A DNA stretch of 64,000 nt from Verrucomicrobiota bacterium (lineage in GTDB: Bacteria; Verrucomicrobiota; Kiritimatiellia; RFP12; UBA1067): NCBI GenBank assembly GCA_023269675.1, contig JAHFSX010000003.1, positions 255,018 through 319,017 of the forward strand, read 5' to 3'. The notes under the pieces were generated by a model, which worked only from the letters and a program-made list of their open reading frames with translations, did no database searches and was not told where the DNA came from. Within the stretch, counting starts at the first letter, position 1; every line of letters begins with the position of its first letter. This document shows positions 19,601 to 29,368 of this stretch, in pieces. The position numbers were made by a program, and so were the translations under genes.

Positions 19601-20126
19601 AGTCTGTAATGGAAACCCGTCCGGTCACAAGGGTCGTCACGCCCTCGTAGCTGTTGTTGCCGCCGAGGGTCAGCACTTTGGTGCCGGTCTTGGTCAATCC
19701 CCCCGGGCCGCTGAGGATCCCGTTGACCGTGACCGCGCCGTTGGAGGCCGAAAAAGTGCGCGTGTCACTGAGCGCCATCGGAAAGTTGAGCGTCTGGGTG
19801 TCGTTGTCGGCGTTCAGGACGTTGCCGGCCAGCGTGATGCCGCTGCCCCAAAGCGTAAACGCGCCCGCGCCGCTGTTGAACGTGATGCCCGCGAACGACG
19901 TGTCGGCTGCCAGATCGTTGGTGTTCGCCAACCCCGCTGACCCGCCGAAGAAAAGCGCGTCACCCGCAGCGAGTGCGTTTCCGCCCCAGTTGCCTTCCGT
20001 GCTCCACAGCAGGTCGCCCGCGCCTCCGTTCCAGGTGCGGTCCGCGGCGTGGGCGGTCCGGATCAGCGCGGCCATTGCCAGCGTGAGCGTGATCTTGATG
20101 GACATGGCGAAGGCTATTCTTGTCAC
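16698..20126 (-). CDS. Secreted PATR protein 5
   Basis: Signal peptide ..TAHA; PATR repeats; ends PLGTVFILR; alternative start at 20105. Confidence 0.88.
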   Translation of the reverse strand: MTRIAFAMSIKITLTLAMAALIRTAHAADRTWNGGAGDLLWSTEGNWGGNALAAGDALFFGGSAGLANTNDLAADTSFAGITFNSGAGAFTLWGSGITLAGNVLNADNDTQTLNFPMALSDTRTFSASNGAVTVNGILSGPGGLTKTGTKVLTLGGNNSYEGVTTLVTGRVSITDSYAFGGIAQGTIVNTGAGVDVYNGLTIAEPITLVNQNPSMLIFQTGSNVYSGLITITGGQARVQNQSMYAHITGGITSFNSTVILDSGSAAGTPVMKISTKPILANNQKCFFHGTRTAILGVAGNTVNDIEVSGGTLLLEVPNAWPANLMFEVGVSYARSSFTDLQGNDQSVGTLTGVITNDGVRVITSSTGPATLTVNQSSTTEFNSNFAGQLRLVKLGAGTLKVTGTNCQQSAQTVVGGGKLGIYSGKALGVTPEAYVPDHLLISNAATLLALGPLVLSDVNRGITLGTGNGTFETAAGADMTVANPMTGPGGLNKAGAGTLALTGVNDYAGVTAVNAGTLQVGKKVSLYNGATLSSDKFTVASGATLLLNVGGAGEFLSADIGTIAALGTATTGFKPGAWLALTATNAPGAFYEISDTLGNPAGGHGLNLQKLGAGTLALTGMNSYTGATKISQGVLSINSITTGGLASAMGQSSSYRGNLVFDGGALQYTGPSTRTDRGFTYAAVTNAYAFDVTQANTVLTFGALSNAVFDSANTTVIKSGPGTLVFGKGTGPTYNFTCKAVYVLGGTLLTEPSPTTIQQNVHALASQGPAVLLGDGAVLGYNTPLENYVNGAEMLVRYVGTQSGARITSGQFTMTGPTTNAAGVLEYNTHIFDINDGADEIDLDIPGEINIYTGIANSNVRKTGAGTLRLKNSLNAYRGATTVRSGRLVVTASVPASGKSVIGQSTNAFQLGDAGTQPTDTPAFVFEGPNNSGFAFARDVSVYPAGASAILGSISNNNVTFSGAIGASNTLQLLSVTTGTNALFITGGISGPGGVTQTGTGTVIFAAANTYTGATTVTAGTLRLAGAERIADASPLRLTGGTFATAGFSETLGALDVDGAAVLDFGSGSCTLTLADSASQTWDGSLVLRNWTSGTDRLFVGTAASLTTAQLKKITSPTGQAASQLPTGEVVLLPLGTVFILR

Positions 20127-20211
20127 GTGTATGCATCCCCTAACTTAAGCGTGGCGGCGGTTTGTCCTGACACCGGCTCGACGACAAAAGGCGAACCCAG
20201 TAATCAACATC

Positions 20212-20275
20212 ACCTTACCATAGGAGAAAAGCCTAGGGAATGGCATTTCTTGACCTCGGCCTGTCATTTCTTGAC
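20212..20275 (-). promoter_or_regulatory. Putative activator-dependent promoter of the PATR array
   Basis: Perfect 11-bp direct repeat CATTTCTTGAC at 20244 and 20265 (21-bp period) next to the -35 position; extended -10 TGgTAAGGT at ~20220-20212. Confidence 0.5.
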
Positions 20276-20400
20276 TTTCTTTCAGGTCGCCGCTTACGTC
20301 TGCCGGGCGCTCTGCCGAAAACGGGGCTTGCGGCAAAAAGGAGGCAGGCGTATCATATTAATGAAGATTGGTTAAAAGCACCCACGAAAGGAATCAGTTT

Positions 20401-20787
20401 ATGAAAACCTTTGATGTGCAGACTCACACGCATGACCAGTTCGTGAACATCACCGATCAGGTGCAAAAGACGGTCACGGAGTTGGGGATCACGGACGGTG
20501 TGATCACCGTCTATACGCCACACACCACCTGTGCGGTGACCATCAACGAGAACGAGGACCCCAACGTGGTCGCCGACATGATCCAGCAGTTCGACGCCAT
20601 GGTCCCGTGGCAGCAGCCTTTTTATGCGCATGAGGGCGGCAATACCGCTGCGCATATCAAGACCACGCTGGTGGGCTCTTCCGTGCAGCTGATCGTGGCC
20701 TTCGGCAACGTGCAGCTCGGCATGTGGCAGGGCATCTTCCTCTGCGAGTTCGACGGGCCGCGCATCCGTCACGTCTGGGTTCAGTGA
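20401..20787 (+). CDS. yjbQ: YjbQ/UPF0047 family protein
   Basis: PHTTCAVTINENEDP, HEGGNTAAHIK, LGMWQGIFLCEFDGPR motifs. Confidence 0.92.
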   Translation: MKTFDVQTHTHDQFVNITDQVQKTVTELGITDGVITVYTPHTTCAVTINENEDPNVVADMIQQFDAMVPWQQPFYAHEGGNTAAHIKTTLVGSSVQLIVAFGNVQLGMWQGIFLCEFDGPRIRHVWVQ

Positions 20788-20892
20788 GCCGCGCGCGCCC
20801 GCCCGAGGCCGGGGAGCAGCGCCGCAGGCAGCGGCGGCGGGCTGACCTCCGGGCGAAGGGGTCTGCCGAGGCCTGACGGGGCGTCAGGGCCG

Positions 20893-21756
20893 TCAGGGCG
20901 CGTGGGCATAGGCGCGGGCGAGCGCTTGCCACTGCGTCTGGGTGAGCTGCTCGGCGCGGGCGACGGTGTCGACGCCGGCGGCGGCGAAGAGCGCGGCCAG
21001 GGTGGCGTCTTCGCGACCGAGCGGCGCCGGAGCCTTGCGAAAGGACGCCCCGAGCTGCTTGCGGCGGTGCATGAAGGCGTAACGGGTGAGGTCGAAAAAC
21101 CATGTGCGCTCGTCAGGCGTGAGGCCGCACGGGTGACGGTCGAGGCGGACGATCGTGGAGCCGACCTCCGGACGGGGCCAGAAGCAGGAGGCTTTGACGG
21201 CGCGGACGATCGACACGTCATGGTCGAGCTGCAGCCAGACCCCTGCCTGTCCGCGCGCTTCGCAGCCGGGCGCCGCGGCCAGGCGTTCGGCCACCTCGGT
21301 CTGCACCAGGACGGTGATGGACCTGGGCGTGAGCGGGTGGAGGGCGATGTCGATGAGGATGCGCGTGCCGACCGAGTAAGGCAGGTTGGAGACGCAGGCG
21401 TCGAAAGGCTCCGCCAGCAGCGTGTCAAGGTCGAGCTCCAGGGCGTCGGCCTCGATCACGCGCAGCTCCGGCGGGTTGCCGAGCGCGGCCGCCAGGCGGG
21501 AGGCGAGGCGCGCGTCCTTCTCGACCGCGACGACGCGCGCGCCGCGCGCGAGCAGGGCTTCGGTCAGCACGCCGAGCCCGGGGCCGATCTCCAGCACCGC
21601 CTGGCCGGGCTGCACGCCTGCGGCATCGACGATCACATCGAGGATGTTACGGTCGATCAGGAAGTTCTGGCCCAACGTCCGGTTCGGATGAAACCCGTTC
21701 TCGATGCACCAGGCCTTGACATGTGAGGGCGACGTGAGGTTCACGTTGACGCTCAC
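20893..21756 (-). CDS. rsmA: 16S rRNA adenine dimethyltransferase
   Basis: LGQNFLID, VLEIGPGLG, VSNLPY, CFWPRPEVGS, RRKQL; GTG start overlaps the surA stop (alternative start 21744). Confidence 0.95.
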   Translation of the reverse strand: MSVNVNLTSPSHVKAWCIENGFHPNRTLGQNFLIDRNILDVIVDAAGVQPGQAVLEIGPGLGVLTEALLARGARVVAVEKDARLASRLAAALGNPPELRVIEADALELDLDTLLAEPFDACVSNLPYSVGTRILIDIALHPLTPRSITVLVQTEVAERLAAAPGCEARGQAGVWLQLDHDVSIVRAVKASCFWPRPEVGSTIVRLDRHPCGLTPDERTWFFDLTRYAFMHRRKQLGASFRKAPAPLGREDATLAALFAAAGVDTVARAEQLTQTQWQALARAYAHAP

Positions 21757-22745
21757 TTCGGGGTGGGCAGTTCGAAAATCTTGATGTACGCCTCGCTGCG
21801 CAGGCGGTCGGTCCACTCCTTGTAGAGCTTTTCGGCCTGACGCATGCGCAGGTGGCTCTCGACATAGGGGGCGGCTTCCTCGAACGTCAGCGCGCGCGCG
21901 TCCTGCTGCTCATCTTTGCGGACGATATAGCCGTAGCCGTCGAGGACCACCAGGGGCGCGGTTTCGCCGGGCTGCAGTTTGGCGAGCGCCGCCACGATTT
22001 CCTTGCGGAAGACGTCGTCGGGGTTGACCTTGCCCCAGGAGCCGCCGGCGGACGCCTTGGCGTCTTTGGAATAGGTGCGGGCCAGCGAGGCGAAGGCCGT
22101 GCCGGCCTTGAGTGCTTCGAAGATCTTGGCGCTGCGGGCTTCGATGGTTTCGTCACCCGGCTTGTCGGGCGGGTCGAGGATGATCATGCTCACGGCGGTG
22201 GCGTTTTCGGTCCGATAGCGGCCCTTGTTGGTCTCGTATTCGGCGCGCACCTCGCTCGGCGTCGGCTGGACGCGCTTTTCCACCTGCTGATAGCGCATGG
22301 CCGTGACGTTAAGGTCCTCTTCGATGTTCTTTTTCCACTCCTCGTAGGTGATCTTGCGTTCGGCGAGAAGGTTGTGGAGCTTGGTCTGGTCACCGTCGAA
22401 GTTGTTGGCGACGATCTCGCGGATGCGGTTGTCGACGGCCCACGACTGGAGCTGCAGCTTCGACTTCTGCGCGGCGGCGAGGATCAGCTTGCGGTCGATC
22501 AGGGCGTTGAGCGTCGCGGAGTAGAGCTCGCGCAGCCGCTTCTCGCGCAGCTCCGGCGAGGTGTCGGTCCAAGGGCTGCGGCGGACCTCGCTCATGACGT
22601 CGGCGATGGTGATCATCTCGGTGTTGACGTAGGCGGCGACGCCGTCGATCAGCATGGCCGGCGTCTTCTTCTCCGTCGTCAGTTCGGCTTGGCTCGCGGA
22701 GACGGCGAGCAGCAGGACGGCAGAAATCCACGGGGTTATGTGCAT
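21753..22745 (-). CDS. surA: SurA-like periplasmic chaperone/peptidyl-prolyl isomerase
   Basis: Signal peptide; DGVAAYVNTEMIT N-domain; parvulin motif FASLARTYS..GGSWG; WTDRLRSEAYIKI. Confidence 0.85.
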   Translation of the reverse strand: MHITPWISAVLLLAVSASQAELTTEKKTPAMLIDGVAAYVNTEMITIADVMSEVRRSPWTDTSPELREKRLRELYSATLNALIDRKLILAAAQKSKLQLQSWAVDNRIREIVANNFDGDQTKLHNLLAERKITYEEWKKNIEEDLNVTAMRYQQVEKRVQPTPSEVRAEYETNKGRYRTENATAVSMIILDPPDKPGDETIEARSAKIFEALKAGTAFASLARTYSKDAKASAGGSWGKVNPDDVFRKEIVAALAKLQPGETAPLVVLDGYGYIVRKDEQQDARALTFEEAAPYVESHLRMRQAEKLYKEWTDRLRSEAYIKIFELPTPK

Positions 22746-22871
22746 CGGTTTCTTCCTTTCAACGGGTCAGCGAAGCCTCGTCTTCGATTAAAGAAGAGAC
22801 AGTTTATCGCACACACGGCCGGATTACCACGGAAATTAGGAAGCGGGGGCCGGGAATTCCTCGCGCACGGG

Positions 22872-23164
22872 CCCTACTGGGTGCGATTCAGTTTCGTTGA
22901 AACTGAATCGCGCCAAGGAGAATTTAGGATTTAGGATTCGGAAGCGCAAACGGTCCTGAAACAGGGCGTTCGACAAGGAGGAACCCTTGCTCGAAGCATC
23001 GTTTCTAGGAGCAATACGTGTGACTTCATTTTGAAGACACGAATACCGACTCTCCCACGTCGCGCGAACACGTTCACTTTCATGGCATTGCAACTCCTAA
23101 CTCCTAAATCCTTACTGCTCCTTCGGGTGTGGATTCAACAAAGTTGAATCACACCCGCCCCTAC
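22872..23164. repeat. Composite symmetric repeat: REP hairpin, heptamer array, spacer, inverted heptamer array, REP hairpin
   Basis: Perfect 13-bp stem at 22883-22911; AGGATTT units at ~22916-22940; AACTCCT/AAATCCT units at ~23092-23112; related hairpin at 23125-23156. Confidence 0.6.
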
Positions 23165-23210
23165 TTCCCGCTGTTGTCACATGCGGCCTTTTTGGTACTG
23201 TATGGGGGTT

Positions 23211-24077
23211 ATGACCGAACTTCACATCACCTCGCTCGCGAACCCGAAGATCAAACACGCGGTCAAGCTGCGCCAGCGGTCCCACCGCGACGAATCGGGG
23301 CAGATGCTGGTGGAGGGCTACCGCGAGTGTAAGCGCGCGCTGGACAACGGGTATCCGCCCCAGATGCTCTTCTATTGCGAGGCGCTGTACCTCAAGAACC
23401 TCAACGAGCCGGAGATCGTGCGGCGCTGCCGCGAGCTGGGCGCGGAGATGTATCCCTGTTCCGCGCCGGTCTTTGAGAAGCTCGCCTACCGCGAGCGGCC
23501 CGAGGGCCTGCTGATCGTCGGCCCGCACCTGTCGCGCAAGCTGGCCGACCTGCACCTGCCCGCGCACGCGCTGGTGGTGGTGGCCGAGGCGATCGAGAAG
23601 CCGGGCAACCTCGGCACCATTCTGCGTTCGGCCGACGCGGCGGGCGTGCACGCGGTGATCGTGTGCGACCGCTGCACCGACATCCACAATCCCAACGTGG
23701 TGCGCGCCTCGACGGGCACGCTTTTTTCCGTTCCCGTGGTGGAGGCGGAGAGTGACGAGGCCATCGCTTTTCTGCGGGCGCGGGGCTTTTGCATCCTGGC
23801 CACCACGCCGCACGCCGAAAGCCTGCACTGCGACGTGCCGCTCACGGGGAATGTGGCGATCGCGGTGGGCACCGAGCAGTACGGTCTGACGGAGAAGTGG
23901 ATGAACGCGGCCGAGCGGCGCGTGCGCATCCCGATGTTGGGCCTGGCGGACTCGCTCAACGTGGCCTCGGCCACGACCATCCTGCTCTTCGAGGCCGTGC
24001 GGCAGCGCATCGCGGCGGGCCAGGTCACCGTGCCCCCGCCGGAGGCGTGGCACGGCGAAGAGGCGTTTGACGCGTGA
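23211..24077 (+). CDS. TrmH/SpoU family RNA methyltransferase
   Basis: ITSLANPKIK, IEKPGNLGTILRSADAAG, VGTEQYGL, RIPMLGLADSLNVA. Confidence 0.93.
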   Translation: MTELHITSLANPKIKHAVKLRQRSHRDESGQMLVEGYRECKRALDNGYPPQMLFYCEALYLKNLNEPEIVRRCRELGAEMYPCSAPVFEKLAYRERPEGLLIVGPHLSRKLADLHLPAHALVVVAEAIEKPGNLGTILRSADAAGVHAVIVCDRCTDIHNPNVVRASTGTLFSVPVVEAESDEAIAFLRARGFCILATTPHAESLHCDVPLTGNVAIAVGTEQYGLTEKWMNAAERRVRIPMLGLADSLNVASATTILLFEAVRQRIAAGQVTVPPPEAWHGEEAFDA

Positions 24078-24134
24078 GGGAAACAAGACGGCAGAAGGCG
24101 GAGCGGCCTGTACACAGGCAGAAAAGGAGCAACC

Positions 24135-25025
24135 ATGAACACGACGCGTAAGGGCACCGGGCTGGTTCTGATGGCGGGGCTGTTGTTGACGACCTCCTTG
24201 TTCGCGCAGGGCGCGAGGAGGCCGAGCAGCGGACAGCAGTACTGGCTCAAGTTCGAGAAGGAGCTGGGACTGCAGGCCCGGTATTCCGTGGACATGGAGA
24301 TGCAGACGATGGGCATGAACATGACGGGCAGAATCTACCGCGTGGAAGGTAAGACGCGCTCCGAGATGACGATGCCCTTCATGAATATGCGGATGGTGGC
24401 GCTGCAGATCCCCGTGAACGGCAAGACCGTCAACTACTCGCTTTTCCCCGACAAGAAGAAGTACTGCATCAACCCCGAGTCCGCGGCCGACGACGCGGCC
24501 GACGCGGCGAAGCCGCAGTACAAGCTGGAAGAGCTCGGCACCGAGGTGTACGAGGGTGCGGCCTGCAAGAAACGCCGCCTGACCGTGACCCTGGCGGACG
24601 GCACCGTCAGCCAGATGACCATGCTCTTCTCTCCCGCGCAGAAGGATATGCCCGTGAAGATCGACTCGCAGACCCAGGTGGTGGCGGAGCCGGGCGCCAA
24701 GCCGATGGCGGTGGCCTCTGTGATGCTGTTCAAGAACTACCGGTTCGTGGCGCCTGAAGCCGTCCTGTTCACGATTCCGAAGGACTACACCCAGGCGGCG
24801 AACATGTCCGAGGTCCTGATGAGCGGCGGCGGACTGGGCGCGTTCGCCCCGCCCCAGTCTCCGGGGGACGCACAGCCCGCCGCCCTGCAGGAGGCGTTGC
24901 GCCGCGCTCAGCAGGAACAGCCGGCCGAGACGGAGGCCGCCAGAAAGGCGGCCGCCAAGGAGGCGGCGGGCCGGGGCGTCAGAGAGGGTGTCGGACGCGG
25001 CTTGCGCAGCCTGTTCGGGCAGTAA
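24135..25025 (+). CDS. Secreted DUF4412-like protein
   Basis: RBS AGGAG; signal peptide; LGTEVYEGAACKK, FTIPKDY motifs; amphipathic GLRSLFG tail. Confidence 0.65.
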   Translation: MNTTRKGTGLVLMAGLLLTTSLFAQGARRPSSGQQYWLKFEKELGLQARYSVDMEMQTMGMNMTGRIYRVEGKTRSEMTMPFMNMRMVALQIPVNGKTVNYSLFPDKKKYCINPESAADDAADAAKPQYKLEELGTEVYEGAACKKRRLTVTLADGTVSQMTMLFSPAQKDMPVKIDSQTQVVAEPGAKPMAVASVMLFKNYRFVAPEAVLFTIPKDYTQAANMSEVLMSGGGLGAFAPPQSPGDAQPAALQEALRRAQQEQPAETEAARKAAAKEAAGRGVREGVGRGLRSLFGQ

Positions 25026-25032
25026 GGCCCGC

Positions 25033-26052
25033 ATGTATTCGGCTGTCTTAACATCGATCCTGCCGGTCTGCCTGCTGGTGGTTCTGGGCGCGGCGCTCTG
25101 CCGGTCGAGGTTTTTGCCTGACGCCTTCTTCACGGGGCTGAACCGGCTGGGCTTCTGGCTGCTGCTGCCGGCTCTCCTGTTCAGCACCATCGCGAAAGCG
25201 CCGGCCGCGGCCGGCGCCAGCGGTTTGCGCGTGGGCCTGCTGCTCTGCGCCTGTTCGGTGGCGGTCACGCTGGCCGGCTGGCTGGTGTCGCGCGCCCTGC
25301 GGCTCCCGGAGGGGTCGGCCCGCGCCCTGATGCAGGCCGCGATGCGCGGCAACTTGGCCTATACCGGCCTGCCGGTGCTCATCTACACCTTCGGCGAGCA
25401 CAGCGCGTCGGCGGCCGTCGCCGTGTTCGCGCTGGCGCCGACCATCCCCTTTTACAACCTGTGGGCCGTGCTGATCCTCACGCGCGCCGGTCAGGCCCGC
25501 GGGCCTTCGGCCTTGCCCGGTTCAGGGGACGCCTGCCCCGCAGGCGCCGGGGCCTCCGCCTGCGCCAGGGGCGAGCCGCTGTCGGGCCTCCTGCCGCGCA
25601 CGCTGGCCGCGGTTTTGCGCAATCCGCTGATTATCGGTTGCGGCCTGGGCCTGCTGCTCCTGAAAAGCGGGCTGCATCTGCCCGACGGGCTCTTCAACGC
25701 GGTCGAGGCCCTGGGCCGCGCGGCGTTGCCGTGCGCGTTGCTGGCGCTGGGCGCGGGATTGACGCCTGACAAGCTGCGCGCCAGCTTCAGCCCGGCGCTG
25801 GCCGCGACGGCGCTGAAGCTGGTGGCCATGCCCGCGCTCGGCTATGCCGGGGCGCGCTGGCTGGGATTCAGCGGCGATACGCTGCTGACCGCCTTGCTGT
25901 ACCTGGCGAGCCCGTGCGCGGTGACCTCGTACGTCATGGCCGATCAGATGGGGGCCGACAAAGAGCTGGCGGGCTCCGCCATCGTGCTCAGCACCCTGCT
26001 GTGCCTGCCGGTCATGGCGCTTATTCTGCTGCTGTGCCGCGCACAGGGATAG
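25033..26052 (+). CDS. AEC (auxin efflux carrier) family transporter
   Basis: LPALLF, RGNLAYTGLP, NPLIIG, SPCAVTSYVMADQMGAD; multiple TM helices. Confidence 0.9.
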   Translation: MYSAVLTSILPVCLLVVLGAALCRSRFLPDAFFTGLNRLGFWLLLPALLFSTIAKAPAAAGASGLRVGLLLCACSVAVTLAGWLVSRALRLPEGSARALMQAAMRGNLAYTGLPVLIYTFGEHSASAAVAVFALAPTIPFYNLWAVLILTRAGQARGPSALPGSGDACPAGAGASACARGEPLSGLLPRTLAAVLRNPLIIGCGLGLLLLKSGLHLPDGLFNAVEALGRAALPCALLALGAGLTPDKLRASFSPALAATALKLVAMPALGYAGARWLGFSGDTLLTALLYLASPCAVTSYVMADQMGADKELAGSAIVLSTLLCLPVMALILLLCRAQG

Positions 26053-26120
26053 CGCCAGGCGCTAGAGCAAGTAAATTATTAATGTGGCCACGCTAGAGGC
26101 TCGTACAAAACCTCTGTCGA

Positions 26121-26203
26121 GAACAGGCGGCGGGGACGCCGCCCCTCCATGGACTATGAAAGCCGCCGTTTATCGCACTGGAGGGACGGCGTCCTCGCCG
26201 TTC
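26121..26203. repeat. REP-like palindrome, family A variant
   Basis: ..GCCCCTCCAtggactatgaaag...TGGAGGGACG..; shares its flank with the 34811 copy. Confidence 0.6.
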
Positions 26204-26238
26204 GCAGGGGTTCTGCAGGCACCTCTGTTGCTTTAGTT

Positions 26239-26269
26239 GGTAGGGACGCCTCCCCGAGGCGTCCCTGCC
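26239..26269. repeat. GTAG-type REP, family B
   Basis: GGTAGGGACGCCTCCCCGAGGCGTCCC; related copies at 30001 and 53650. Confidence 0.7.
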
Positions 26270-26283
26270 AGGAGAAGAGGCAC

Positions 26284-26318
26284 AAAAAAACCCGGGGCCG
26301 GTTTGACCCGGCCCCGGG
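26284..26318 (-). terminator. Rho-independent terminator of degP
   Basis: 11-bp GC stem followed by T7 on the minus strand, ~45 nt after the stop. Confidence 0.85.
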
Positions 26319-26362
26319 CGCTGCATGACAGGAGTGGTCTTATATATACTTTGGTTGTGTGG

Positions 26363-27814
<1,452 letters not shown>

Positions 27815-28020
27815 AACAAACCCCCTTCGTGGATTCGGGCACACGATACAGGGGTCCGGCTGGACCCCTGCCCTAAATAAAAAAACTAGGCCATAACCTC
27901 ATCCAGCAGGCGACAACCATTTTGAACCCAACCGGCCAACCGAGTGAATGAAGTTATGGCCTTTTACGGACCTGTTTTTGAACTTCGCTTGCCGCCTCTC
28001 GCATTGGCAATATTACTTAA

Positions 28021-28035
28021 GCTTGACGCGTGCCA
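28021..28035 (-). promoter_or_regulatory. Putative sigma54 (-24/-12) promoter for degP
   Basis: Minus strand TGGCACGCGTCAAGC = GG-N10-GC. Confidence 0.55.
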
Positions 28036-28130
28036 AGGGCTGGCTCGCGCGTCGATAGCGGATTATTTGCCGCTCTGAGGCCTGAAACGGCCAATTATTA
28101 GCTAAAGGTAACTTTGCGGGACTTCCGCCA

Positions 28131-28177
28131 GTGTAACGATTGCGACAGGATGTCCGTTAAATGCGACAATTTGACAC
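28131..28177. promoter_or_regulatory. Putative enhancer-binding-protein sites
   Basis: Repeated TGCGACA/TGTC half-sites 100-150 bp upstream of the sigma54 motif. Confidence 0.45.
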
Positions 28178-28318
28178 TAAGACGGCAGGGAAGGGTCCCG
28201 CAAGCGGGGCCCGAGGCCAAAAAGGAGCCTTCAGTGTGCTGAAATGGGGGAGATGGCCCGCGGGGAGACTTGCCGTCCCTGTCCAGCTCCGGCGCGGTTT
28301 GGAGGGCGAGTGCCGGTT

Positions 28319-29368
28319 CTAGGGCTGTTGGCCGAGCGCGTTGAGCCGCGCCTCGAGCGCCGCCACGCGCTGCTTGAGCTTCTCGACTTGGCGCGGCACG
28401 AGGAGGGTTGCGGCGAACTCGCGCTTGGGGTAGGCCGGCAGACCGAGGTAGTACTCGCCTTCGGGGACGTCTTTGGAGAGCCCGCTCTTGGGGCCAACCT
28501 GTGCGCGGTCGCCGATCGTGAGGTGGCCGGAGAGCCCGGCCTGCGCCCAGATGATGCAGCCCGAGCCGATCCGCGTGCTGCCCGCCACCCCGGCCTGGGC
28601 GATGATGCCGCTGTAGTCGCCGACCTGCACGTTATGGCCGATCTGCACGAGGTTATCGATTTTGGTGCTGTTGCCGATGCGCGTGCGCCCGAAGCGCGCG
28701 CGGTCGATGGTGGCGTTGCAGCCGACCTCCACATCGTCGCCCAGTTCTACAATGCCGAGCTGAGGGATCTTTTCGATCGAGATTGTGCCGTCCGGGCGGA
28801 ACACCGGGTTGTAACCGTAGCCGTCCCCGCCGATCCGCACACCGGAGTGCAGGATCACGCGCCGTCCGAGCTTGCAGCCCTCGCGGACGGTCACCTGCGG
28901 ATAGATGTGGCAGCCCTCGCCCAGCTCGACGCGCGCGCCGACGAACACCTGGGCCTCGATCACCGCGCGGTCGCCGATGACGGCGCCGTCCTCGATCACG
29001 GTCCACGGCCCGACGTGGACATCCTGCCCTAAGCGCGCACTCGGGGCGATCACGGCGGTCGGGTGGATCCCCGGCGCGCGCGCCACCGGCGGAGGCGCGA
29101 ACCACACCGCGGCCTGGGAGAACGCGCGGTTCGGGTCTTGGACGCGGATGACGGCCGGCGCAGGGCACGTTCCCTGCCACGCCTGCGGCACCAGCACCGC
29201 GCTTGCGCGCGTAGCGCTCAGGTGCCTCGCGTATTTCGCGTCTTTAAAGAACGAGACGTCCCCGGCGCGGGCCTCCGTCAGGCTCGCGAGGGCGACGATC
29301 TCGAGAGACCCGTCGCCCGTGAGATCCCCGCCCAGGCGCTCCGCCAGTTCATGGACCGTCATGGACAT
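28319..29368 (-). CDS. lpxD: UDP-3-O-(3-hydroxyacyl)glucosamine N-acyltransferase
   Basis: GIHPTAVI, IGGDGYGY, KIPQLGIVE, TKIDNLVQIGHN; hexapeptide repeats. Confidence 0.96.
   Translation of the reverse strand: MSMTVHELAERLGGDLTGDGSLEIVALASLTEARAGDVSFFKDAKYARHLSATRASAVLVPQAWQGTCPAPAVIRVQDPNRAFSQAAVWFAPPPVARAPGIHPTAVIAPSARLGQDVHVGPWTVIEDGAVIGDRAVIEAQVFVGARVELGEGCHIYPQVTVREGCKLGRRVILHSGVRIGGDGYGYNPVFRPDGTISIEKIPQLGIVELGDDVEVGCNATIDRARFGRTRIGNSTKIDNLVQIGHNVQVGDYSGIIAQAGVAGSTRIGSGCIIWAQAGLSGHLTIGDRAQVGPKSGLSKDVPEGEYYLGLPAYPKREFAATLLVPRQVEKLKQRVAALEARLNALGQQP

Noticed and set aside
2067..19940. Long plus-strand ORFs opposite the PATR genes (e.g. 2067..4676, 14608..16473, 18315..19940)
   Set aside because: Arg/Ala-rich antisense shadows expected at high GC; no motifs.
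2001..20126. Diversity-generating retroelement behind the near-identical PATR ends
   Set aside because: No reverse transcriptase in the window, and the differences look mostly synonymous rather than adenine-specific.
22836..23093. 85-aa ORF as a four-helix-bundle remnant
   Set aside because: No recognisable motifs, RBS or typical codon usage.
23112..25352. 746-aa minus-strand ORF, and similar ones at 30357..32429, 36287..37939 and 59865..62567
   Set aside because: Antisense to well-supported genes.
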